Shown one piece after another: positions 1-8,691 of a stretch of 64,000 bases of DNA; within the stretch, counting starts at the first letter, position 1; every line of letters starts with the position of its first letter. The translations under genes and the position numbers were made by a program. Source of the DNA: an uncultured SAR86 cluster bacterium (GTDB lineage: Bacteria > Pseudomonadota > Gammaproteobacteria > Magnimaribacterales > D2472); contig CABYHU010000004.1 of NCBI GenBank assembly GCA_902518715.1, forward strand, positions 7,284 through 71,283, written 5' to 3'. The notes below the pieces were generated by a model. It had not been told where the DNA came from and did no database searches. It saw only the letters and a program-made list of their open reading frames with translations.

Positions 1-912
1 TGAGAAAATTCTCTCTCCTTCATGCTCATCATGACCTTCTTCTTCGTCACCATGCTCATCACCATGGTCTTCATGACCTTCACCATGATAGGGAACTCCA
101 AAGATACTCTCTGAGCTTGAAACAGCGAGACCAACGTAACCCCAATCAGCTACTTTTGAAACACCAAATCTTGTTGCCTCTTGTGCAGAATCAGAATTAT
201 CTAGATATCCCTTATCTTCCTCATGTTCGTCATGGTCATCATCTCCATGATCATCCTCATCATCATGGTGCTCCTCTTCTTCATGAAGAACTGCACCACT
301 TGGAATATCATAATTTCCAAAGGAAGAGTCGCTATATGAGAAATATAGATTTAAACCACCAAGGTTATCTGCAACAGAAAAGCTTTGCCCATCACCAGAA
401 TTAACTGATTGAGTTTCAAAGCCTAACTTAAGCAATCTCTTTTCAATATCTGAAGTGGCAATTGTATTGTCTACGATATTGATAATACCTCCTGTTGCTC
501 CATTTGCATAAAGCAGTGAAGATGGACCTCTAACAACCTCAATTTGTTGTATATCATTGAGATCTACTTCATTTTTATGATCAGCACCAATTCCTGCAAC
601 ATCCCTGTTGACTAAACCATTGGTAAGAATCTTAACTCTCGAACCACTTAAACCTCTTATGATGGGTTGCCCTACAGCAGTCCCATAATCAGATGATGTG
701 ACACCCAATAGAGAGTCTAGGGTCCCGCCAAGGTCAGTTGTTCCGAAATCAGAAATATCGGTGCCACTTAAAATATGCAATGGATCACCAATTTTATCTT
801 GAGTTACATTCAATATTGATGCTTGAACAACTACTTCTTCAACTTCATCAGAATGAATGAAATTAGCCGAGAAAACGCCCAGCATCGCTAAAATTAATAT
901 TTTATTTTTCAT
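1..912 (-). CDS. TonB-dependent receptor, His-rich, ZnuD-like (runs off window start; not in ORF track)
   Basis: Hand translation from ATG 912 (SD AGGAG): MKNKILILAMLGVFSANFIHS signal, EEVVVQA TonB box, plug motifs GQPIIRGLSGSRVKIL, GADH and IEVVRGPSSLLYANGATGGIINIV, two His/Asp/Glu-rich loops; frame open to position 1. Confidence 0.9.
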   Translation of the reverse strand, partial: MKNKILILAMLGVFSANFIHSDEVEEVVVQASILNVTQDKIGDPLHILSGTDISDFGTTDLGGTLDSLLGVTSSDYGTAVGQPIIRGLSGSRVKILTNGLVNRDVAGIGADHKNEVDLNDIQQIEVVRGPSSLLYANGATGGIINIVDNTIATSDIEKRLLKLGFETQSVNSGDGQSFSVADNLGGLNLYFSYSDSSFGNYDIPSGAVLHEEEEHHDDEDDHGDDDHDEHEEDKGYLDNSDSAQEATRFGVSKVADWGYVGLAVSSSESIFGVPYHGEGHEDHGDEHGDEEEGHDEHEGERIFS

Positions 913-921
913 GTTTACTCC

Positions 922-970
922 TAAAAAAATTTAAAATTTAAAATTTAAAAAATTAAAAAATTAAATTTTT
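922..970. repeat. Pure A/T tract with (AAAATTT)x3 and (AAAAAATT)x2
   Basis: Read directly: AAAATTT x3 at 926-946, AAAAAATT x2 at 947-962. Confidence 0.75.
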
Positions 971-1245
971 GGTGGAGCTCTTTGATGATAATTTTTAGAT
1001 AATGATTGATCATTAAGACTCACAAGTTTAGAGTCTTCAATGTCAAAATCTATAAAAGTTATATTTGTCTCAGAATTTACTAAGTCTTGTGATTGGCTTT
1101 CTTCGCAATAATCGCAGTTGATTTCAAAAGTTTCATCTTCAATTTCAAAAGCTTCAGCAATATGTTCTATTTCATGAGTAGTAGCTAGGGCAAGAAATAA
1201 AAGCCCAAGCAGAAAAGGTGTCTTATTTTTATAATCAGTGGTCAT
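961..1245 (-). CDS. Putative RAPP-motif ribosome arrest leader peptide (DUF2946/CruR/CutF-like) with HExxH and CxxC
   Basis: Hydrophobic N-terminal segment FLLGLLFLALA, H24-E-I-E-H28, C44-D-Y-C47, C-terminal R89-A-P-P92-K-I; directly upstream of the TonB-dependent receptor. Confidence 0.75.
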   Translation of the reverse strand: MTTDYKNKTPFLLGLLFLALATTHEIEHIAEAFEIEDETFEINCDYCEESQSQDLVNSETNITFIDFDIEDSKLVSLNDQSLSKNYHQRAPPKI

Positions 1246-2293
1246 GTTTGAGACATACTAAACCATTAATAGAGCCACTCGCAAGGTCTTTAATAGTTTT
1301 ATCAGCTTCTGAAACATTTCTTGCTTCAACAGGCACAGGATCAATCTTCCCAGATCTAACTAAATCCATCAATTCACCCATCTCAGCTAAGCTTCCAACA
1401 TATGTTCCAGTGAGTGTTCTTGCTGTCAATGTTACTAGCGGCAGTTGAAGCGTAGTCTGGCCACCAAGCAACCCTACTAAAACATAAGTACCACCTCGAA
1501 CAAGACCGAAAAGACCATAAGCAAATTCAAAAGCTGGAGCAGCTCCAACAAAGTCAATCACACTTTTAGCTCCACCACCAGTAATCTCAAATATTTTCAT
1601 TGCAGCATCTTCATCATTGGAATTAATAGCAGCTGATGCGCCTGCCTCCTTAGCAATAGCTAATTTTTCATCATCAATATCAACAACAATTGGATTGATA
1701 TCATATACAGCTTTTAATATTCTGAGAGATAGCAACCCCATCCCTCCGGCTCCTACAACTACAACAGATTTTTGACCTTCTATAAGATTAGCTTTTTTAA
1801 TTGCGCTATATGCAGTTAGTCCTCTGCAAGCATAACTTCCAGCAAGATCGTCATGTGTATCTCCAGCATCAAAGAGATATTTCTTATCTGGAACTAAGAC
1901 ATACTCACCATATCCACCATCCCTAGTAATTCCGATATTTCTATTTGTTGTAATTCCACAATAGTGTTCATTTCCGCTTAAACAGACTTCACACTTACCA
2001 CACCCAATCCAAGGATATACCACATATTTTTTGCCTATCTCAAGATCCGTAACATTTTCACCAAGCTCAACAACTTCTCCAAAAACCTCATGGCCCATGG
2101 CAAGATCTTTTGCTGGGGAAGGAAGCTTTGCACCTCCACCTAGATCAAAAAAACCCTCATAAATGTGAACATCTGAATGACAGACACCACATGAAACTGT
2201 TCTCACAAGAATTTCGTCACCGACAGGAACAGGCTTTTCAATTTCAACCTTTTTTAAGGGTTTGCCGTTTTCTATGATTTTGTATGATTTCAC
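1235..2293 (-). CDS. Zinc-dependent alcohol dehydrogenase (MDR family)
   Basis: CGVCHSD, GHE, structural Zn CGKCEVC..C, Rossmann GAGGMG. Confidence 0.93.
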   Translation of the reverse strand: MKSYKIIENGKPLKKVEIEKPVPVGDEILVRTVSCGVCHSDVHIYEGFFDLGGGAKLPSPAKDLAMGHEVFGEVVELGENVTDLEIGKKYVVYPWIGCGKCEVCLSGNEHYCGITTNRNIGITRDGGYGEYVLVPDKKYLFDAGDTHDDLAGSYACRGLTAYSAIKKANLIEGQKSVVVVGAGGMGLLSLRILKAVYDINPIVVDIDDEKLAIAKEAGASAAINSNDEDAAMKIFEITGGGAKSVIDFVGAAPAFEFAYGLFGLVRGGTYVLVGLLGGQTTLQLPLVTLTARTLTGTYVGSLAEMGELMDLVRSGKIDPVPVEARNVSEADKTIKDLASGSINGLVCLKHDH

Positions 2294-2296
2294 AGT

Positions 2297-2536
2297 TTAT
2301 TTTGAAACTTCATATTTTATTATTGTACTATTTTTTATATCCTCCCATCTCTTTTTTTCAGTTAAATAGCACAAGATTGAATCTGATTCTCCGCTTTGAT
2401 TAAATGAGTATCCCTCTGGTATTAAGTCTTTATTAAGGGAGCATTTTTCAGTAATTAATCTTCCACTTTTTAAGGACTTAAAAGTAATTTTAACTTCACT
2501 AGACTCTAAAAGTTTTTTAAGATCTTTTATCTCCAT
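2297..2536 (-). CDS. Small hypothetical protein, possible SH3/Sm-like beta-barrel (WYL_2/DUF2693-like)
   Basis: Pattern LKKLL..VKITFKS..SGR....CSLN.DLIP...SIL.Y.....W; 3 nt upstream of the ADH start. Confidence 0.6.
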   Translation of the reverse strand: MEIKDLKKLLESSEVKITFKSLKSGRLITEKCSLNKDLIPEGYSFNQSGESDSILCYLTEKKRWEDIKNSTIIKYEVSK

Positions 2537-2611
2537 TTGTAGGCATTCTAACTTAGCGAAACAAAGTTTTGTGAAGTTTATTTCTTAAAGTTATTAGATT
2601 AATATAGAAAT

Positions 2612-3985
2612 ATGAAAAAGCTTTTCTTTGTTTTATTTTCTCTGATAATTAATGTTGATACTTTTGCAGCTTTTGAATCAACATATGAACCACTCCAATC
2701 CGAAAAGATACTATTTATTAATGGAAATATTCTCGATGGGGAGGGTAACGAATTGCTTGATACAGACCTTCTTATTGCCGATGGAAAAATAATTGCTATT
2801 GGAAAAGGCATTAGTGTTGATGACAAAGATGTAAAAATTATTGATGCAAAAAATAAATGGATAACGCCAGGAATTATAGATATTCATTCCCATATGGGTG
2901 TATATCCAGCTCCCAGTGTCAGAACCAGTAGCGATGGCAATGAAGCAACTAGTCCGGTAACAGCAGAGGTCTGGGCAGAGCACTCCATGTGGGTTCAAGA
3001 TCCTCAATATGCTCTAGCACTGAAGGGAGGAATAACAACCTTTCATGTTCTTCCAGGATCTGCAAACCTTATTGGTGGAAGAGGAGTAACTGTTAAAAAC
3101 TTACAACGTAACACCATCCAGTCAATGAAATATCCAGACGCAAAACATTCGTTGAAGATGGCGTGTGGTGAAAATCCAAAAAGGGTTTATGGAAATAGAG
3201 GACAAGCACCTTCAACAAGAATGGGTAATTTTGCAGGTTATAGAAAAGCTTGGATTGAGGCTGAAAATTATTTAAATAAGTTAGAAGCATATGATTCAAA
3301 ATCAGATGAAGAAAAAATGGTTGAGTCTCCACCTAAAAGAGATCTAAGACTCGATACACTCAGTGATGTACTCAAAGACGAAATACTAGTCCATATCCAT
3401 TGTTATAGAGCAGAAGAAATGGCTTTAATGATAGATGTCGCAAAAGAGTTCAACTATAAAATTACTGCTTTTCATCATGGTGTAGAAGCATACAAGATTG
3501 CTGATTTATTGGCAGATAATGGAATATGCGGAGCCCTTTGGGCAGATTGGTGGGGCTTTAAACATGAGGCTTACGATATGGTTCAAGCAAACATTGCAAT
3601 CGTTGATCAAGCAAGGGGTGGAAAGGGCTGTGCGATTGTTCACTCAGATGATGAGAGAGGGATTCAAAGACTTAATCAAGAGGCAGCAAAAGCAAGAGCT
3701 GCCGGTAACAAAGCAGGATATGATATCTCAAAGGCCAGAGCTATGAACTGGATAACCAGTAATCCTGCAAAAGCAGCTGGTATTTATGATGAAACCGGTT
3801 CCTTGGTTGCTGGGAAAAATGCAGATGTTGTTCTTTGGTCAGGTGATCCATTTAGTGTTTATTCACTTGCTGAACAGGTTTTTATCGATGGCGCCTTAGC
3901 ATTCGATCGCAACACAGGATTTGGGCCTGTTTCAGATTTTGATGTTGGTATAGTTGATCCAAGAGAGGACAGGGTCAATGATTAG
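2612..3985 (+). CDS. Secreted metal-dependent amidohydrolase
   Basis: Signal peptide; TPGIIDIHSH, KMACGENP, HIHCYRA, HHGVEAY, HSDD, GSLVAGKNADVVLW. Confidence 0.9.
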   Translation: MKKLFFVLFSLIINVDTFAAFESTYEPLQSEKILFINGNILDGEGNELLDTDLLIADGKIIAIGKGISVDDKDVKIIDAKNKWITPGIIDIHSHMGVYPAPSVRTSSDGNEATSPVTAEVWAEHSMWVQDPQYALALKGGITTFHVLPGSANLIGGRGVTVKNLQRNTIQSMKYPDAKHSLKMACGENPKRVYGNRGQAPSTRMGNFAGYRKAWIEAENYLNKLEAYDSKSDEEKMVESPPKRDLRLDTLSDVLKDEILVHIHCYRAEEMALMIDVAKEFNYKITAFHHGVEAYKIADLLADNGICGALWADWWGFKHEAYDMVQANIAIVDQARGGKGCAIVHSDDERGIQRLNQEAAKARAAGNKAGYDISKARAMNWITSNPAKAAGIYDETGSLVAGKNADVVLWSGDPFSVYSLAEQVFIDGALAFDRNTGFGPVSDFDVGIVDPREDRVND

Positions 3986-5237
3986 AATAATATACTTCCT
4001 TTCATTATGCTTTATATCAATAAGTGCCATTTCTCAGACTATTGTTATCAAAGGTGGGGAAATTCACACAGGGCTGAATCAAGAATCTTTTATTGGAGAT
4101 ATTCTTATCGAGGGAGATACTATTTTAGAAGTATCAACTAAACCTTTAAAAGCTGATGTCGTTGTTGATGCATCGAATAAAATTGTTACTCCTGGAGTGA
4201 TAGCTCCTGATACGCAAATTGGTATCTTGGAGATAGGCGCAATCAGCGAGACCAGAGACGGTGATAGCAATATGTATAGTATGGGTTTTAGTGTTTTTGA
4301 TGCTATAAATCCAAACTCAACTTTAATTCCATGGAATAGATCAAATGGAGTTACATCAGCAATTACTCTACCTGATTTTAATTGGGATCCTTTAAGTGGA
4401 ATGGCATCATATTTTCTTCTTGATGGAAGTCTAAGGGTTAATGGTGTGCCTGACGTTGCACTAACAGGCGAGATAGGCGCAGTAAGCTCTGGGTCTCGTG
4501 CAGAGAGTCTTATTTTATTGAAGGATCTTCTAGAGTTTGCGTCAACGTTAGATGAGAAAGATATCTCATCATCAAAGAAAATATCTGAGGTTATGGAGGA
4601 TTTTGAAGTTGCAGATTTGATGGAATTGCAGCCTAGAGATGTAATTGCGCTTTATAACCTTTTGAATAATAAGCTTCCATTAGTAATAAAAACTAACAGG
4701 GCATCAGACATCTTGAAACTGATAGATATTAAAAAGCTTTATGGACTTAATTTAATTCTTATGAGTGCTCAGGAGGCTGAATTAGTTAAAGGTGAAATTG
4801 CTGAAAACAATATTCCAGTCATAGTTAATCCTTTTGATAATATTCCTGATTCATTTGATGAACTTGCTTCAAATATTCGCATAGCTGCGTCTCTTGAAGA
4901 AGCTGGTATCAAAGTTATGTTCAGTGAATCTAGAACTCATAATTATCATTTGATTAGACAAGGAGCGGGGAATGCTGTTGCTAATGGGATGTCTTACACT
5001 GGAGCAATAATGGCACTCACATCAAATGTTGCCAAAAGTTTTAATATTGCCGATAGGGGCATTCTTAAAAAGGGCATGAAAGCTGACATCGTCATATGGG
5101 AGGACGATCCATTGGAGCCTGCAACGTTTCCAACAAAAGTCTTTATTGATGGAAATGATATGGATCTTACGACAAGATCATCAAGACTTACTGAGAGATA
5201 TACAGATAAAAGAGATTTACCTAATACTTATAAATAA
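3978..5237 (+). CDS. Secreted amidohydrolase-family protein with degenerate metal site
   Basis: ATG 3978 overlaps upstream stop; signal peptide; RGILKKGMKADIVIW; HxH replaced by PDTQ. Confidence 0.85.
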   Translation: MIRIIYFLSLCFISISAISQTIVIKGGEIHTGLNQESFIGDILIEGDTILEVSTKPLKADVVVDASNKIVTPGVIAPDTQIGILEIGAISETRDGDSNMYSMGFSVFDAINPNSTLIPWNRSNGVTSAITLPDFNWDPLSGMASYFLLDGSLRVNGVPDVALTGEIGAVSSGSRAESLILLKDLLEFASTLDEKDISSSKKISEVMEDFEVADLMELQPRDVIALYNLLNNKLPLVIKTNRASDILKLIDIKKLYGLNLILMSAQEAELVKGEIAENNIPVIVNPFDNIPDSFDELASNIRIAASLEEAGIKVMFSESRTHNYHLIRQGAGNAVANGMSYTGAIMALTSNVAKSFNIADRGILKKGMKADIVIWEDDPLEPATFPTKVFIDGNDMDLTTRSSRLTERYTDKRDLPNTYK

Positions 5238-5295
5238 TATAATTTATAAATATTTATGTTAAATTAAAAGACATATTCACATAGGAGATATAAAT

Positions 5296-6216
5296 ATGAC
5301 ATTTGGAAACGGGGTTTTAGTTTTTTTAGCTATCTTAATAATATATGTAATCTATCTGGGAATAAAAATTGTTCCACAGTCAAAGGTCTTTGTAATTGAA
5401 AGATTTGGTAAGTTTACTCGAATACTTGAATCAGGATTATCAATTATTATCCCATTTGTTGATAGGGTTGCTTTCAAAGTTGATATCCTCGAAAGACAGT
5501 TACCACCTTTTAAAATGTCAGTTATTACCGAAGATAACGTTGAAGTTGAGCTAGTCTCAACTGTTTTTTTTAGAGTTTTAGATGCAGCAAAATCAGTTTA
5601 TAGAATCAGAAATATAGATCTTGCTATCGAAAATACAGCGATATCAATAATTCGTTCTGCAGCTGGAAAGCTTGAGCTTGATGATCTTCAATCAAGCAGA
5701 GAAGCAATGAACCAAGAAATTGCAGCTCGACTAACTAAAGCAGCAGAAGTTTGGGGAGTTGAAGTAACAAGAACAGAAATTTTGGATGTTTTAGTTGATG
5801 AAAAAACTAAGGAATCACAAAGACAGCAGCTAAATGCAGAAAGAGAGAGAAGAGCTACAATTGCAAAAGCAGAGGGTGATAAAAGAAGTGTTGAGCTAAA
5901 AGCAGATGCAGAACTTTACGAAGCCCAAAAGCAAGCAGAGGCTGTGAAGGTGCAAGCTGATGCTGATGCTTATGCTGTCAAAATAAAAGCAGAGGCGGAT
6001 GCAGAACAGACGAGATTAATTGCTGAAGCTATTAAAAATGATGGGCAGCCTGCAATTAATTATGAAATTATGAAGCGGCAGGTAGATGGCTTGGCAGAAG
6101 TAGCATCCTCAAATCAGACAAAAACACTTGTTGTTCCAACTGATATTACAAAGGCTCTTGGTACACTTGAATTATTTTTAGATAGTTTAGATAAAGGTAA
6201 AACAAATGATGCTTGA
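5296..6216 (+). CDS. SPFH/stomatin-like (QmcA-type) membrane protein
   Basis: N-terminal TM, IKIVPQ..VIERFGKF, WGVEVTRTEI, AERERRATI.KAEG; SD AGGAG. Confidence 0.92.
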   Translation: MTFGNGVLVFLAILIIYVIYLGIKIVPQSKVFVIERFGKFTRILESGLSIIIPFVDRVAFKVDILERQLPPFKMSVITEDNVEVELVSTVFFRVLDAAKSVYRIRNIDLAIENTAISIIRSAAGKLELDDLQSSREAMNQEIAARLTKAAEVWGVEVTRTEILDVLVDEKTKESQRQQLNAERERRATIAKAEGDKRSVELKADAELYEAQKQAEAVKVQADADAYAVKIKAEADAEQTRLIAEAIKNDGQPAINYEIMKRQVDGLAEVASSNQTKTLVVPTDITKALGTLELFLDSLDKGKTNDA

Positions 6217-6496
6217 TATTCTCTTATACTCTGGAAATGTTTGGTTAATAATTGGATTATTGCTTGCCATCTTGGAACTGACTAATGGAACCCTTATATT
6301 TTTTCTTCCTACTGGAGCAAGCGGACTCCTCACAGGTCTTGTTCTTAAAATGCAGGAAAGCGGCTCTTTACCAATTCTTTTGGACAGCTGGTCTGGAGCT
6401 TTGACTCTTTGGGCAATACTATCTTTCATACTTTCCCTTGGTCTCAACTTCATTGTGAAGCGAAAAGAGACTTCAGATGATATAAATGATTACTAA
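6206..6496 (+). CDS. Short NfeD-like membrane protein (no OB-fold)
   Basis: WLIIGLLLAILEL..G..FFLP.G motif, overlaps SPFH gene. Confidence 0.7.
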   Translation: MMLDILLYSGNVWLIIGLLLAILELTNGTLIFFLPTGASGLLTGLVLKMQESGSLPILLDSWSGALTLWAILSFILSLGLNFIVKRKETSDDINDY

Positions 6497-6505
6497 TAAC
6501 TTTTG

Positions 6506-8032
6506 ATGAAAAAGTTCTCTGCACTTTCAGCATTATTTTTTGTTAGCTTTAATCTAAGTTCAGAGATAAAACAATTAAATTTTCTTTACACTAACGACTT
6601 ACATGCTCACTTGCAACCTCATATTGAGCAGTGGATAAGTAAGACAAGACCAGTCGGTGGGTTTGCAAATCTAGCTACACTTATAAAAGAGGAAAAATCT
6701 ACAAATCCAAATACCCTATATATCGATGCAGGCGATTATTTCTCTGGTCCTTACATAAGTACTCTCACAGAAGGCGAAGCTGTAATAGATACAATGAATT
6801 TGCTTGGAGTTGATGCTGCTTGCATTGGTAATCATGAATTTGATCATGGTTGGGAAAGCATGCTTGATAAATTTGAGATGGCAACTTTTCCTATTGTAAA
6901 TGGAAATATTTTCTATGAGGGAACTGATGAACTTATTTGGGATAATCCATATGTCATTCTTGAAAGTAATGGATTGAAAATAGGGGTCATTGGACTGCAT
7001 GGCAAGTTTGCATTTTATGACACAACGAACTTTAAAATGGTTGATGGATTAGAAGCTCGTGATGAAGAATATTACTTGAGAAAATATATTGAAGAGCTTG
7101 AGCCAATAACCGATTTAATTGTCCTAAGTGTTCATGAGGGCGTCCCTGGCAGGCAATCAACCAAAGGTTTATCTGATGTTGAAAGAACTCTTAGCAAAGA
7201 TATTGATCTAGCAAAAAATGTTCCTGGTGTAGATATTATGATTACAGGGCATGCTCACAAAGGAACACCTGATGCACTGCTTTCCAACGAAACGATTATA
7301 GTTTCAACTAATGCGTATTCGATTGAGTTAGGAAAGCTTGTTGTTAGCTATGATACTGAGAAAAATAAGATTGTTGATTACTCTAATGAGCTTATTACTA
7401 TCTTCGATGATGAAATTGAGGATGATCCTGAAATGTCAAAAGTTATTGATTATTGGGAGAGTCAGGTTCAGAAGATCGCACTTAAAGAAGTTTCATTCAC
7501 TACAGATAAAATGGTAAGAGCGTATGGTGAAGAGTCAAACATGGGGAATTTATTTGCTGATGCTGCAGAAGAGTATGATAAAAAAATTGATTTCGCAGTT
7601 ATTAACAGTGGCGCACTCAGACAAGACTTAGATCCAGGAGTTTTAACAAAGGGCGACTTAATATCCGCTTTCCCTTTTCCAAATACACTCGTGATGACCA
7701 AAATAACAGGAGCACAAATAGAAGGTCTTTTTAATCATGCTGCTGGAATGACGAATGGTGTATTGCAAGTTTCTAAAAGCTTTAAATATGTTATTGATTC
7801 TAATGGTGAGATTAAAGAGCTAAGACTTAACGGCAAACCAATTAATAGAAAGAAGACTTATTGGGTAGCTTCAACAAATTTTGTGACCCTTGGAGGCGAT
7901 GGCTACTGGGAGTTTACTGAATCAATTGAATACGAAGATACAAATATCTTCATAGTAGATGTAGTTGAAGATTATTTAAAAGATAAACCAAGATATAGCC
8001 CAGTTTACGAAGAAAGAATTGTAATAGAGTAG
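6506..8032 (+). CDS. Periplasmic bifunctional metallophosphatase / 5'-nucleotidase
   Basis: Signal peptide; TNDLH, DAGD, GNHEFD, GHAH, ES.MGNLFADA, NSGALR, FPFPN, GGDGY. Confidence 0.93.
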   Translation: MKKFSALSALFFVSFNLSSEIKQLNFLYTNDLHAHLQPHIEQWISKTRPVGGFANLATLIKEEKSTNPNTLYIDAGDYFSGPYISTLTEGEAVIDTMNLLGVDAACIGNHEFDHGWESMLDKFEMATFPIVNGNIFYEGTDELIWDNPYVILESNGLKIGVIGLHGKFAFYDTTNFKMVDGLEARDEEYYLRKYIEELEPITDLIVLSVHEGVPGRQSTKGLSDVERTLSKDIDLAKNVPGVDIMITGHAHKGTPDALLSNETIIVSTNAYSIELGKLVVSYDTEKNKIVDYSNELITIFDDEIEDDPEMSKVIDYWESQVQKIALKEVSFTTDKMVRAYGEESNMGNLFADAAEEYDKKIDFAVINSGALRQDLDPGVLTKGDLISAFPFPNTLVMTKITGAQIEGLFNHAAGMTNGVLQVSKSFKYVIDSNGEIKELRLNGKPINRKKTYWVASTNFVTLGGDGYWEFTESIEYEDTNIFIVDVVEDYLKDKPRYSPVYEERIVIE

Positions 8033-8034
8033 AG

Positions 8035-8111
<77 letters not shown>

Positions 8112-8133
8112 AAAGATTGCTATTATATACAAA

Positions 8134-8691
8134 TTAATTATTAGGGAAAGAGCAACCAGTTCCCCCAAGCCCGCAATAGCCATTTGGATTTTTTGCTAAA
8201 TACTGCTGATGATATTCCTCAGCTAAAAAGTAATTCTTCATCATCGAAATTTCAGTAGTAATGGGGCCGTAACCATTAAGCTCAAGTTCATCCTGATAAG
8301 TTTCCAAAGATGATAGAGATTCATCTTTATGTAACTCCGAATTAAGAAAAATCACCGATCGATATTGTGATCCAATATCATTGCCTTGTCTCATTCCTTG
8401 AGTTGGATCATGACATTCCCAAAAAACTTTGAGGAGATCTGCCAATGATATAACTTCGGGATTAAATACAACTTTTACAACTTCTACATGATTAGTTGTT
8501 CCTGAACACACAATTTCGTAAGAGGGATCTTCTAGTTCGCCGCCAGAATAACCAACCGAAGTTAGCCAAACTCCATCTAGTTGCCAAAACTTTTTTTCAA
8601 CTCCCCAAAAGCAACCAGCTCCAAAAATAATTGATTCATAATCTTGAGGAGTTTCACTATGAAGATCTAGGTTTGATAGAAAATGTTTCAT
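8134..8691 (-). CDS. msrA: Peptide-methionine (S)-S-oxide reductase
   Basis: GAGCFWGVE, HDPTQGMRQGND.GSQYRS, AEEYHQQYL.KNPNGYC. Confidence 0.97.
   Translation of the reverse strand: MKHFLSNLDLHSETPQDYESIIFGAGCFWGVEKKFWQLDGVWLTSVGYSGGELEDPSYEIVCSGTTNHVEVVKVVFNPEVISLADLLKVFWECHDPTQGMRQGNDIGSQYRSVIFLNSELHKDESLSSLETYQDELELNGYGPITTEISMMKNYFLAEEYHQQYLAKNPNGYCGLGGTGCSFPNN

Noticed and set aside
117-404. His-rich 95-aa ORF on the plus strand
   Set aside because: Antisense shadow of the GAT/CAT-rich loop of the TonB-dependent receptor
970-978. TGGTGGAG matches tRNA/tmRNA 3' ends (possible att site)
   Set aside because: Only 8 nt and fully explained by the GCT-CCA-CCA codons of RAPP
2537-2611. Possible Zur/Fur box in the divergent promoter (AAAGTTATTAGATTAATAT)
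   Set aside because: Poor symmetry and weak match to Zur or Fur consensus in an AT-rich background
5246-5257. Perfect palindrome ATAAATATTTAT upstream of the SPFH gene
   Set aside because: All A/T, expected by chance at this composition
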